Counted from the first letter of the stretch, positions 1-8,802 are shown. The stretch: 64,000 nucleotides of DNA from Candidatus Parcubacteria bacterium (GCA_018669975.1 JABHSK010000001.1:88394-152393); one strand, 5' to 3'. Numbers and translations: made by a program. The notes: generated by a model from the sequence alone, not told the origin.

Positions 1-458
1 TTTTTTCTGCCAATTTCAGCACCAATACCGTGAAAACTGCCATTTAATTCTTGATTAAACTCCTCCGTAACGACTGGGTCAAAAAAAGAAGAATGCGGAT
101 CACCCAAAGCAGACACCATGCCGGCTACTGCACCATAAAATAAATCCTGATCATTGATCTTGTTTTTATCTAGATAATCTTCATGTAAAATGTCCCAAAC
201 TTGAGTAAATAATTCCACGTCTATTTCATCGTTATCCTTGAAAATATCTATCAATTCATCAGCTGTATATTTGATAACATTATCCTGCTGCACATCCGCA
301 CTTGGTTTATTCCCCGTGGAAAAACCATATACAAAAGCAGCTATAATTAATATTAATAAAGCACAAACCTTGGCTAATATTCTCCACCAAGGCTGTTTTT
401 TAGAACCTAATTTTAGATCCTCTGTTTTTATTGGTATATTTGGTTTAAACTGATCCAT
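1..458 (-). CDS. C-terminal processing protease (S41/CtpA family), N-terminal part; runs off the window edge
   Basis: Manual translation from ATG 458: TM segment, then FTQVWDILHEDY...LFYGAVAGMVSALGDPHSSFFDP...LNGSFHGIGAEIG, the typical S41 N-terminus before the PDZ domain. Confidence 0.85.
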   Translation of the reverse strand, partial: MDQFKPNIPIKTEDLKLGSKKQPWWRILAKVCALLILIIAAFVYGFSTGNKPSADVQQDNVIKYTADELIDIFKDNDEIDVELFTQVWDILHEDYLDKNKINDQDLFYGAVAGMVSALGDPHSSFFDPVVTEEFNQELNGSFHGIGAEIGRK

Positions 459-471
459 GCTTTTTATAAAA

Positions 472-1767
472 TTAATTTTCTGTTCTTTCAATTTTAGCTC
501 CCAGCTTTGACAAACGCACATCTAGTGATTCATATCCTCTATCTACTTGGTATATATTAGAAACCACGCTAGTACCTGAGGCTGCTAAAGCAGCTATAAT
601 TAAGGTAGCACCGGCACGCAAATCAAAACTAGTGATTTCTTTACCAAATAAAGGTGCGGGGCCAATCACAACTATACGATGTGGATCTGAGACTACTATA
701 TTAGAGCCCATTTTCTTCAATTCAGCAACATATTTCAATCGACCGTCATACATCCAGTCATGTATTAACGATGTACCCTCTGCTTGAGTCATTAAAACTG
801 TAAAAGGTTGAATTAAATCTGCTTTGAAGCCAGGATGTGGCATGTCATGCAATTTTTTAATAGCCTTTAGGTCTACTCGACCATTAACTTCTATATTGGC
901 TAGTTTATAATTCTCGCTAGGACTAATGTCTAGGTACTTAATATCTAACTTCAAACCAACCTCTTTGTATTTTTCTAATTCTAAAGCTAAAAACTCTGGC
1001 GCTGTATTTTCTATAGTTATTTTTGATCTAGTAGCACCTGCTAAACAAATAAAAGTACCCGTCTCAATTGGATCGGGCATTACAAAATATTCGCAACCCT
1101 TGAGTGAGCTAGCTCCTTTTATTTTAAGATTATTAGTACCAATACCCTCTATATCCACACCCATTTTTTTCAAAAACCAACACAGGTCTTGAACTGATGG
1201 ATCGGCAGCGGCCACTCGAATCCTAACAGTGCCTTGATTAATAGCTGCAGCTAGAATCATATTCTCTGTACCAGTAACTGACAACTCGCTCATGGTTATT
1301 TCTTCATCGGCTGGTCTAGTTTTTTCTAAATGGTAGAACTTGCCATCAAAATCTATATCTGCTCCTAATTTAGAAAAAGCTTTGAGATGAGTATCAATAG
1401 AACGAGAGCCAATTTGGCAACCACCTGGTTCTTTGGTTTTAATTTTACCAAAACGACCTAACAACGATCCCATAAATAATATGGAAGAACGCATAGCAGA
1501 AACCAAAGACATATCTATCTTAGTTGGATCTAACTCTGAATTATCTATTTTTACGCTATTTTTATCCATCCAATTAACCTTGGCACCCATAGATACCAAA
1601 ATTTGAATCATTTTTTTAACATCCTCAATCAATGGGACATTATGCAACAAGACTTCTTCTTTGGTTAAAATACTAGCAGCAATAATAGGTGTGGCTGCAT
1701 TTTTAAAACCAGCTACCTTGATGTTTCCATGCAAGGGTTTTCCTCCTTGAATTATAAAACTAGACAT
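472..1767 (-). CDS. murA: UDP-N-acetylglucosamine 1-carboxyvinyltransferase
   Basis: KNAATPI, PGGCQIGSRSIDTH (catalytic Cys loop), SVTGTEN, DLRAGA, DRGYE motifs; start placed at MSSFII. Confidence 0.95.
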   Translation of the reverse strand: MSSFIIQGGKPLHGNIKVAGFKNAATPIIAASILTKEEVLLHNVPLIEDVKKMIQILVSMGAKVNWMDKNSVKIDNSELDPTKIDMSLVSAMRSSILFMGSLLGRFGKIKTKEPGGCQIGSRSIDTHLKAFSKLGADIDFDGKFYHLEKTRPADEEITMSELSVTGTENMILAAAINQGTVRIRVAAADPSVQDLCWFLKKMGVDIEGIGTNNLKIKGASSLKGCEYFVMPDPIETGTFICLAGATRSKITIENTAPEFLALELEKYKEVGLKLDIKYLDISPSENYKLANIEVNGRVDLKAIKKLHDMPHPGFKADLIQPFTVLMTQAEGTSLIHDWMYDGRLKYVAELKKMGSNIVVSDPHRIVVIGPAPLFGKEITSFDLRAGATLIIAALAASGTSVVSNIYQVDRGYESLDVRLSKLGAKIERTEN

Positions 1768-1825
1768 AGTATAGTGATAGTAAATTATCATATAAATAAT
1801 ACCTTAAATTTGAATTTCTAACAAG

Positions 1826-3115
1826 ATGAGTAAAGCACTAGGCAGAGCCACATATTTATTTTTTTTCCTACTTTTCTTTATTTTAACGCCCATATTTACT
1901 ATGTATGGCTTAGGCTATAGGTACAACTTTGATACTGGCCAAATAGAAAAAAGTGGGGCTTTTTATGTTAAATCTTTTCCCAAGGGTGCAAGTATCTTTG
2001 TGGATGATGAACAAATGGATGATGACACACCAACACAATTGACCAACATCAAGCCTGGTCATCATTTATTGCAAGTCAAAAAAGACAAATATAGAACTTG
2101 GCAGAAAGAATTGGAAATCTATCCTGGTGAAACAACTTTTGCTGAAGACGTGGTCCTATTTTACCAAGACATGGCTAAAACCAAATTAGATTCAGGTAGT
2201 GAAAAATATCTAGTCAGTCATACTTTAGATAAATATGCCTATCTAGATTCTGATAATCAACTACACATAACCGATGTAGAGCAAGCCAAAGACTTCACCG
2301 TATTCACTCTACCTTCAGATATGAATTTATTAGACTGGTCAGCAGATAATCAAAAACTACTTTTACAAAACGTAAATGAATATTATGTATTTGATATTAA
2401 TCAAAAAAACCTAGACCGCCTAGCAATCAATAAAAATAACAAAACAATCTGGGATAATAAAAACGCAGACTTACTGTGGTATTTATATAATGACAAACTT
2501 TTCCAATACGACATAAGCAATTCCTTTGAACCAGATATCCGGGAAATTAAACTAGGTAAAAAAGTGAATGACTTTGCTTTTTATGATGATTATTTAGTAG
2601 TACAATATATTGTCAGTGATAGCAATTATGTTGAGCAACTAAAAAAAAGTGGTCTAGAATCAATCAAGATAATTAACAAGCTCAGTTTGGGTAAACTAGA
2701 TATTTTGCTAGCCGATGAACAAAAAATCATTTTCACGGTTGGCTCAAAACTATACATTAAATATACCTATCGTGATTTAATTACCATTCCAATTATTACA
2801 GCTGAATTACATGATGAACGACTACTAATCACTAATGGTCATGAAATCATGCTCTATAACCACAAAGAAGATTGGCAAGAACTAATAGATCGCTCTTCTC
2901 AAATCATATCTGATATTCTATGGCATCCAAATGGTAGTTATTTTCTTGGTGAAATAAATGGTCAAACTAAAATCACTGAAATTGATGGTCGTGATCAACG
3001 CAATATAATAAATATTCTAGATAATCCTCACAAAAAATTATATCTATTCAATAGCAAGGGTGATAATCTGTTCATCCTAACGCCTGAAGAAAATTATTAT
3101 CTAAACGTACAGTAA
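1826..3115 (+). CDS. PEGA-domain membrane-anchored protein with beta-propeller-like C-terminus (CPR-typical)
   Basis: N-terminal TM helix; GYRYN...GAFYVKSFPKGASIFVD...TP...IKPGHHLLQVKKDKYRTWQK is PEGA-like. Confidence 0.75.
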   Translation: MSKALGRATYLFFFLLFFILTPIFTMYGLGYRYNFDTGQIEKSGAFYVKSFPKGASIFVDDEQMDDDTPTQLTNIKPGHHLLQVKKDKYRTWQKELEIYPGETTFAEDVVLFYQDMAKTKLDSGSEKYLVSHTLDKYAYLDSDNQLHITDVEQAKDFTVFTLPSDMNLLDWSADNQKLLLQNVNEYYVFDINQKNLDRLAINKNNKTIWDNKNADLLWYLYNDKLFQYDISNSFEPDIREIKLGKKVNDFAFYDDYLVVQYIVSDSNYVEQLKKSGLESIKIINKLSLGKLDILLADEQKIIFTVGSKLYIKYTYRDLITIPIITAELHDERLLITNGHEIMLYNHKEDWQELIDRSSQIISDILWHPNGSYFLGEINGQTKITEIDGRDQRNIINILDNPHKKLYLFNSKGDNLFILTPEENYYLNVQ

Positions 3116-3133
3116 TTTTATACAAAAAGAAAA

Positions 3134-3154
3134 AGGAGCTCATTACGAGCTCCT
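3134..3154. terminator. Bidirectional intrinsic terminator between convergent genes
   Basis: AGGAGCTC-ATTAC-GAGCTCCT flanked by A- and T-tracts. Confidence 0.7.
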
Positions 3155-3159
3155 GTTTT

Positions 3160-3738
3160 TTATTCTTCATCTTCTTGATAAATTTCGGGCTTGAGGATGC
3201 CAATCCCAGAAAGATTGCGCAATTGCTGAGCATAGTCCAGACCATAACCGACTACGAAGTCATCACCAATTTCAAAGCCGACATAATCGACTTTAACTTC
3301 TTTTTCACGAGCAGCTGGTTTATCCAGTAAAGTACAGATAGACAATGAGCGCGGCTTACGATCAGACAAAAATTCCTTGAGGTAAGCCAGGGTTAATCCG
3401 GTGTCGACAATGTCTTCAACAATCAGGACGTTGCGACCAGCGATATCGATGTCAATATCTTTCTCAATCTTAACCACACCAGAACTACTAGTAGTGTCAC
3501 CATAGCTAGACACGGCCATAAAGTGAACTTCCAACGGAAGATGCATCGTTCTAATTAAGTCAGCACAAAATACAAAGGCTCCCTTGAGGATGCAAATAAC
3601 CACTAGTGGGTATTCCTCCCCCTCATCTCGATACTCTAGACTAATTTGCTGACCAATCGCTTGGACCCTCCGCTGAATAACAGAATCCGATATAAGACTA
3701 CTTTTGACACTACTAAGCAGATCCAACCCTTTTTTCAT
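3160..3738 (-). CDS. hpt: Hypoxanthine phosphoribosyltransferase
   Basis: ILKGAFVF, VSSYG, VLIVEDIVDTGLTL (PRPP loop), FVVGYGLDY; SD AGGAG upstream. Confidence 0.95.
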   Translation of the reverse strand: MKKGLDLLSSVKSSLISDSVIQRRVQAIGQQISLEYRDEGEEYPLVVICILKGAFVFCADLIRTMHLPLEVHFMAVSSYGDTTSSSGVVKIEKDIDIDIAGRNVLIVEDIVDTGLTLAYLKEFLSDRKPRSLSICTLLDKPAAREKEVKVDYVGFEIGDDFVVGYGLDYAQQLRNLSGIGILKPEIYQEDEE

Positions 3739-3760
3739 GATTTAACTCCTTTTGAAGATG

Positions 3761-3816
3761 ATTTAATGTACGACGTGAATTTGAGTTAATTTAGTATATT
3801 TACTTGTTTTTGTCAA
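3761..3816 (-). promoter_or_regulatory. Sigma70-type promoter plus boxA-like leader motif for hpt
   Basis: TTGACA (3816-3811), 17 nt, TAAATT (3793-3788); GTACATTAAAT at 3771-3761. Confidence 0.6.
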
Positions 3817-3825
3817 AATAAAAAC

Positions 3826-3843
3826 CCCAAACCGAAGTTTGGG
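3826..3843 (-). terminator. Intrinsic terminator after the DsrD-like gene
   Basis: CCCAAAC/GTTTGGG stem followed by a T-tract on the minus strand. Confidence 0.6.
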
Positions 3844-3853
3844 ATGTAAATAC

Positions 3854-4087
3854 TTAATCACCAGCAATGGGTTCAGTGTGTGGAATTTCTACATAACTAC
3901 TGCCGTAGTAAGTATAAATCAGGCGCTCAGAATCGATACACAAACGCAAAGCCTGCTTGCAAATCTTTTTGTCCACACCAAAGTGTCCTTGAATAGCCTT
4001 CTTTAGTTCGGTTGGTTTCCATTTCTTGCTGCCCTGGTCTCTGGTAACCATTTTGACCATTGCATCGGCGACTTGTTCTGCTGTCAT
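3854..4087 (-). CDS. DsrD-like small winged-helix protein (dissimilatory sulfite reductase D family)
   Basis: ~77 aa basic protein with KKWKPTELKK...CKQALRLCIDSERLIYTYYGSSYVEIP, which parallels the DsrD pattern (L)V/I-D/N-x-x-x-L-x-Y-W/T-x-x-G-S-S/T; start at MTAEQ behind GGAAGGTG. Confidence 0.6.
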   Translation of the reverse strand: MTAEQVADAMVKMVTRDQGSKKWKPTELKKAIQGHFGVDKKICKQALRLCIDSERLIYTYYGSSYVEIPHTEPIAGD

Positions 4088-4117
4088 AGCATCACCTTCC
4101 ATTCCGGGTTTGAGTAA

Positions 4118-4173
4118 ATATAATGTACCAGACGAATTTAAATAAACTTATTATATTTACCTATTTTTGTCAA
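4118..4173 (-). promoter_or_regulatory. Sigma70-type promoter plus boxA-like leader motif for the DsrD-like gene; close copy of the hpt promoter
   Basis: TTGACA (4173-4168), 17 nt, TAAGTT (4150-4145); GTACATTATAT at 4128-4118. Confidence 0.6.
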
Positions 4174-4182
4174 AATAAAAAA

Positions 4183-4202
4183 GGTAGCTCCTAGGAGCTA
4201 CC
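4183..4202 (-). terminator. Perfect 20-bp palindrome terminating the five-gene operon
   Basis: GGTAGCTCCTAGGAGCTACC followed on the minus strand by TTTTTTATTTT. Confidence 0.7.
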
Positions 4203-4209
4203 CTATTCT

Positions 4210-5037
4210 TTACTGAAGTAAAGAACCGTGTCGAAAAGCAAATCTAAAGCCATAATTTTGCAAATCAGAAATAAAAACTCTAACCTTTTCTTCTGAAGCA
4301 TCAACTAAGCCGTGTTTGGCCAACTGTTGGTTATCATCTAAGAAATTTACCTTGATGAAAACCCTGTCTACGTCAAACAATTTGGCTAATAGAGATACAT
4401 CATAATTCATACTCTCCATGACTACGAAATTAAGTGTAACTCGATTCCCGGGCCAATGATTAGCAACTTCAGCGATTTCCGCTAAAGTCATCATTGGTAC
4501 CTGCGGACTGAGGAAATTCCGTTCTTCGTCAGAAGTGGTATGACAAGAAAATTGCAACCTTAGTTGTATACCTTGCTCGTGCAATTGCCTGAGCCTGACA
4601 AACAGCTTCGGATTTCTAGAACCAGACGTCGACACAACAAAGTGCAGAAAGGGCCAACGAGCATACATTTGCTCAATAGCTTGGCAGGTGTTATCAACAT
4701 TGAGACTGACATCCCCCATTTGCTTGAAGGAAATCTTTACCTCGTCATAACCTGGACTATCCAACGCAAAGTTGGCATGAACCAGTTCTACCTGATTAAC
4801 TATCTCAGCTACTGACAGCTGACGCCAATCTTTAAACTTTCTAGTAAAACAATAGATGCAGCCGATGCCACAGCCAGAGCAAACAGACACGCCAATTTTA
4901 CGAATCAACTTGCCGTCATTTACATCCTGCAGTGTTTTATCAGCTGATAAAACTAAGCTGTCGTCGGCGACGGCTCGGCTTTTATAGCCAGTACCGTCGC
5001 CGATGTCTCTTGTTTGTTTAAGAATCAGCACACTCAT
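4210..5037 (-). CDS. Radical SAM enzyme, RlmN/Cfr-like fold but lacking the methyl-transfer cysteines
   Basis: CGIGCIYC (CxxxCxxC), QMGD, VVSTSG and FSCHTTSDEERNFLSP align with RlmN motifs; no C-terminal AACGQL. Confidence 0.75.
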   Translation of the reverse strand: MSVLILKQTRDIGDGTGYKSRAVADDSLVLSADKTLQDVNDGKLIRKIGVSVCSGCGIGCIYCFTRKFKDWRQLSVAEIVNQVELVHANFALDSPGYDEVKISFKQMGDVSLNVDNTCQAIEQMYARWPFLHFVVSTSGSRNPKLFVRLRQLHEQGIQLRLQFSCHTTSDEERNFLSPQVPMMTLAEIAEVANHWPGNRVTLNFVVMESMNYDVSLLAKLFDVDRVFIKVNFLDDNQQLAKHGLVDASEEKVRVFISDLQNYGFRFAFRHGSLLQ

Positions 5038-5051
5038 GATGCATCCTCCTT

Positions 5052-6086
5052 TTATCCCCGCTCAATAGCAGACAGGATGTCCAGAGCCAACATCAATGTG
5101 TCTTCATCAAAACAAATATCATCACCGACCATTATGTGTCCATAGCCCATCTGCAACAGACATTGAATATCCATAATGTCCGAACAGGTCGGACGCGGAC
5201 TATGGCGCAGTGAAGTCAGAATACGGGAAGCCACAATGGCATCACTGTCCATTTCGGCAATTTTACGCAGTGGCCGTAGTATCTTATCCGGACGACCAAA
5301 CTCCACATACATATCACCACGAGCAGCCATCAAGCCGACACCTGGGAACTTGCGCAGGCACTTACATGCCCAATCAAAACCCTGAGGTGATTCAATCTTG
5401 GCTTTAATAACAGCCTTAGGATCGAGTGCCAACATTTCCTGAATATCACTGTCCTGCTCCACATAGGAAAGCATGAAAGTGTGAATACCCAGTTTAACTG
5501 CTGCTTCAATATAGCGGCGATCCAGTTCGGTGAAATAACCTTCGACCTCAAAACTAGGATGTATGATATTGATAGATTCTCCACCGCCGACGACCTTTTT
5601 TGGGCCTTCAAGCATAATCAGAGTATCACCATCAATCACGTCAACGATGTGAGCTGAGTCATAACCATCCTGGAACCAACACTTGACTGGTCCCTTGGAA
5701 GTATCCAGCTTGATCTTATGGTCAATCTTGAGCGTTGCCCAAGGTGGCGTCCTGAGGATACCATGAGCCTTGGGACGACTAGAATCAAGCACCACAACTT
5801 CATCTCCAAGCTGATAAGCCTTGGGAGGCCTATCAGAACCATTGAAGAAAAAACCGTGTGAAACCCGAACCTGTCGACACTTGAGATCAATCCACATATC
5901 CTTGTCACCGATTTGAGACTTGATAAGTTTGAGCATAGCCGTCAGTGCTTCGACTGAAGGTAAATCATCCTCCTTAACTCCTTGCACCGGCATAACGGTG
6001 TTGAGCCGAACTCCCGAAATAATCGGAAGTTCGGCCACCCTGCCAATGAAGGGAGCATAGGGAGGAATTGTGGTAATCACTTTCAT
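5052..6086 (-). CDS. Pyruvate-kinase-like protein (barrel and lid, no C-terminal regulatory domain)
   Basis: KVITTIPP, VRLN, IDLK, LSYVE, IKAKIES, LMAARGDMYVE and SRILTSLRHSPRPTCSDIMD parallel PK motifs. Confidence 0.75.
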   Translation of the reverse strand: MKVITTIPPYAPFIGRVAELPIISGVRLNTVMPVQGVKEDDLPSVEALTAMLKLIKSQIGDKDMWIDLKCRQVRVSHGFFFNGSDRPPKAYQLGDEVVVLDSSRPKAHGILRTPPWATLKIDHKIKLDTSKGPVKCWFQDGYDSAHIVDVIDGDTLIMLEGPKKVVGGGESINIIHPSFEVEGYFTELDRRYIEAAVKLGIHTFMLSYVEQDSDIQEMLALDPKAVIKAKIESPQGFDWACKCLRKFPGVGLMAARGDMYVEFGRPDKILRPLRKIAEMDSDAIVASRILTSLRHSPRPTCSDIMDIQCLLQMGYGHIMVGDDICFDEDTLMLALDILSAIERG

Positions 6087-6114
6087 GATCTTTACTCTCC
6101 TCTATGCCTGAAGT

Positions 6115-7146
6115 TTAGGTGAGTTTCCTGCTTTTGAGACTGGTCTTGCCGCCGGACTTCTTACCAACAGCCACTCCATCTGTGCCTCCACCCGCAGATT
6201 TATCCTTGACCGAACGCAGAGACGTCTTGACCCGACTGACACGATCCGGCCGGTCACTATGACGCTTACCAGAACGCAACTCAAAGTCTTCGTACTCGCC
6301 GGCTTCGCCAGCAACGATACCAATGATCATCTCGATGATGTCACGCGGCTTATCCAGGGTAATAACGTTGTCAGTTCCATAGATATCAGTCCAGAAACGA
6401 CGACAACTGGATGTCTTCTTGAACAGCACATAGACCTCAAACTTGTCAGCCAGTCTGCGTAGCACTTCCTTGGAGTTCAGGTTAGCCTGAACATCGTCAC
6501 CAATGTGCTCACGCACATGTGCGGCTTCCAGATTAGTACGTGTCTTGTCGTCCAAAATCCAAACAAAAAGTGGCTTGACGGCATTGGGCATTTCGCAGTG
6601 ATGCGTGAAATAGTAAGCGGCCAAATCATAGCTCTCGGGGCTATCACCGCCACCACCCTCGGGATAGAGCTTCTTAAGCTCACCATCAAGGGGCTTACCC
6701 TTCTTGAAATCCCTGACCTGGAGTGGGAAACTATCATATGCAGAATCCCCAACCAGAGAGAAACATATTTCTCCCTGAGGAATATATCGTTTGGCTTCGT
6801 TGCCCAGCAGGGGCAACTTTTCCAAAATAATACCAACCTCAGTCCTGAAAGATCCGGTGTGATCACAGCAAACCACCAAAGGATGACTACTATTGGTTGA
6901 GACCGCCAGCTTCTTACGCTTGATCGGAGACGGCGTCTTACCGCGAGCTGAAGTGAAGTCATGACTGGCTCGGCTACTACGCGCTGACGAGCGGGCAGTA
7001 GAACGACCAGTGGAACGACCTGAGCTCCGCGTCGGTGTTGTAGACTTCTTATATGCCTTGCGAGCTGAGCGGAAATCTTCTCCGCCACTACGACTGACTC
7101 CTCCAGAAGACGAACTTCCAGAATCATCTTCCCAGCTGTATCCCAT
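6115..7146 (-). CDS. vWA-domain protein with S/R/G-rich disordered N-terminus and basic tail
   Basis: VVCCDHTGSF (MIDAS-like DxTGS), VGD, EGGGGDSPESYDLA, LFVWILDD; start MGYSWED behind GGGAG. Confidence 0.75.
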   Translation of the reverse strand: MGYSWEDDSGSSSSGGVSRSGGEDFRSARKAYKKSTTPTRSSGRSTGRSTARSSARSSRASHDFTSARGKTPSPIKRKKLAVSTNSSHPLVVCCDHTGSFRTEVGIILEKLPLLGNEAKRYIPQGEICFSLVGDSAYDSFPLQVRDFKKGKPLDGELKKLYPEGGGGDSPESYDLAAYYFTHHCEMPNAVKPLFVWILDDKTRTNLEAAHVREHIGDDVQANLNSKEVLRRLADKFEVYVLFKKTSSCRRFWTDIYGTDNVITLDKPRDIIEMIIGIVAGEAGEYEDFELRSGKRHSDRPDRVSRVKTSLRSVKDKSAGGGTDGVAVGKKSGGKTSLKSRKLT

Positions 7147-7230
7147 GTCTTTCTCCCATCGGTTTAACTTGTGCACAATGCACGTGATAGTGAATATAAG
7201 TCTCCGCTATTACCTAAATCTATTAGAAAT

Positions 7231-8019
7231 TTAAGAAACCTTCAGAGTCTCTCCACTGGATCGACCACCAAACAACTCCTGGCGCAAATCCGACAAAGGT
7301 CGAATCAATTCCTGGGCTGTACTGGGACGATCAAGTGGATTACGTTTGATCATCTGACCGATGAATCGCTGCAACTTATCAGGAACAGAGTCCGGAAAAG
7401 TCATACCAATATAGTTACCACCAAGTGCATGAATCATACTTACTCCTAGACCGTAAATATCGGTCTCAGGAATAGGTGGTTTGCCAGCAACCTGTTCTGG
7501 AGCAGCAAAAGCCGGGGTGTAACCCTCAACTTTGGTGCGACTCCGAGGTTTAAGTGTAGCCAAACCATAATCAACCAGAATTGCATTATGTTCATCCGGT
7601 TTGATCATGATATTAGCCGGTTTGACATCACCATGAATAACCCCATAGTAGTGAAGATAATGCAGGGCATTGAGTAGCCGCTGAATCATCCAACACACTT
7701 GTTCGGGATCAATACCTTTCGGATAATCTTCATCAACGATCTTTTGCAGATCTTTACCTTCGATAAAAGTCATAATCATCACAAAACTACCATCATCTAA
7801 CTCGATAAAATCTCGTAGAGTCGGCAATGAGTGATGATGAACATGCCAGAGAAGTTTAGCTTCTTTCTTCAGAAGCTCAACATCTGCAACACTAAGATCT
7901 ATATTCTGTTTAATGCAAGCCATCTCGCCTAGAATTCGATGCCGAGCTAGATAAGTTCTAGCAAAACCACCTTCACCAATCTGCTTAAGCACCTTATAGT
8001 TTCCTATAATAGTAGCCAT
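7231..8019 (-). CDS. Hanks-type Ser/Thr protein kinase (catalytic domain only)
   Basis: IGEGGFARTYLA, CIKQ, IHGDVKPANIM, DYGLA, FAAPEQ, TDIYGLG; start MATII behind AAGGAGGT. Confidence 0.92.
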   Translation of the reverse strand: MATIIGNYKVLKQIGEGGFARTYLARHRILGEMACIKQNIDLSVADVELLKKEAKLLWHVHHHSLPTLRDFIELDDGSFVMIMTFIEGKDLQKIVDEDYPKGIDPEQVCWMIQRLLNALHYLHYYGVIHGDVKPANIMIKPDEHNAILVDYGLATLKPRSRTKVEGYTPAFAAPEQVAGKPPIPETDIYGLGVSMIHALGGNYIGMTFPDSVPDKLQRFIGQMIKRNPLDRPSTAQELIRPLSDLRQELFGGRSSGETLKVS

Positions 8020-8029
8020 TGTCACCTCC

Positions 8030-8761
8030 TTACTCTCCAGAGAAGAGTCTTTCTGCCAACCAACTTGGAAGATCGTGTTTGTAAATAGCATCAGCTGTTT
8101 TCTGAATATCATAAAAAACCCGTCGTAGGTCAAAATAAAATTGACCCTCACGAATTTCTATGACTGCATAGCAGGCTCGACAATCTCCATCACGGGGTTG
8201 TCCAACACTACCAACATTAATCAAAAACTTCTGCTCTCCTGCCAACAACATATCCTCAGTAATGTCCTTAATTAAACCCTCCTCGCTTCCAAAAATAAAT
8301 GGAATGTGAGTGTGTCCAACAAAACAAAGCTTCGTCTGAAAATGTGGAATTTCTTCCCGAGCTCTATCAGCTTCATCGATATAATCCCAGTGATCAGAAA
8401 AAGATCCGTGCGCTAGGGTTATATCAAGCTCTGGCAAAACTAGGTTGTAGGGCAATCTGGCAATAGCTGCTTTTTCCGCAACATTCAATTGCTGATCAGT
8501 AAACTGCACACCAGTCAAAGCGCTACCATTAAAATATTTTGCAGCAAAATCAAGATCAAGAAGACCCTCTTCGTGATTACCACGAATCATATCCGTAGCC
8601 ATTACACAGGCTGTTTCCCAGCAGGCTCGCGGTTGCGGGCCATAGCCGATAATATCACCTAAAAAATAAACTGCATCAATGCGCAGTTCTTTTAGATCAT
8701 ACCAAACAGCCTTGAGAGCTTCCCAATTACTGTGGACGTCTGACAAAACAGCTATCCTCAC
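8030..8761 (-). CDS. Calcineurin-like metallophosphoesterase
   Basis: SDVHSN, LGDIIGYG, RGNHE, AHGS, GHTH, NVGSVGQPRDG; GTG start behind AAGGAGGT. Confidence 0.92.
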   Translation of the reverse strand: MRIAVLSDVHSNWEALKAVWYDLKELRIDAVYFLGDIIGYGPQPRACWETACVMATDMIRGNHEEGLLDLDFAAKYFNGSALTGVQFTDQQLNVAEKAAIARLPYNLVLPELDITLAHGSFSDHWDYIDEADRAREEIPHFQTKLCFVGHTHIPFIFGSEEGLIKDITEDMLLAGEQKFLINVGSVGQPRDGDCRACYAVIEIREGQFYFDLRRVFYDIQKTADAIYKHDLPSWLAERLFSGE

Positions 8762-8802
8762 GTCTTACCTCCTTTTTTAAGCTTTTTTGACTTGTTTTCG
8801 AC

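Noticed and set aside
238-453. Plus-strand 71-aa ORF
   Set aside because: Antisense shadow of the S41 protease gene.
6477-7127. 216-aa alternative-frame ORF within the vWA gene
   Set aside because: No recognisable motifs; long off-frame ORFs are expected in GC-richer coding DNA.
8020-8151. N-terminal extension of the kinase overlapping the phosphoesterase
   Set aside because: A strong SD sits before ATG 8019, where kinase subdomain I begins.
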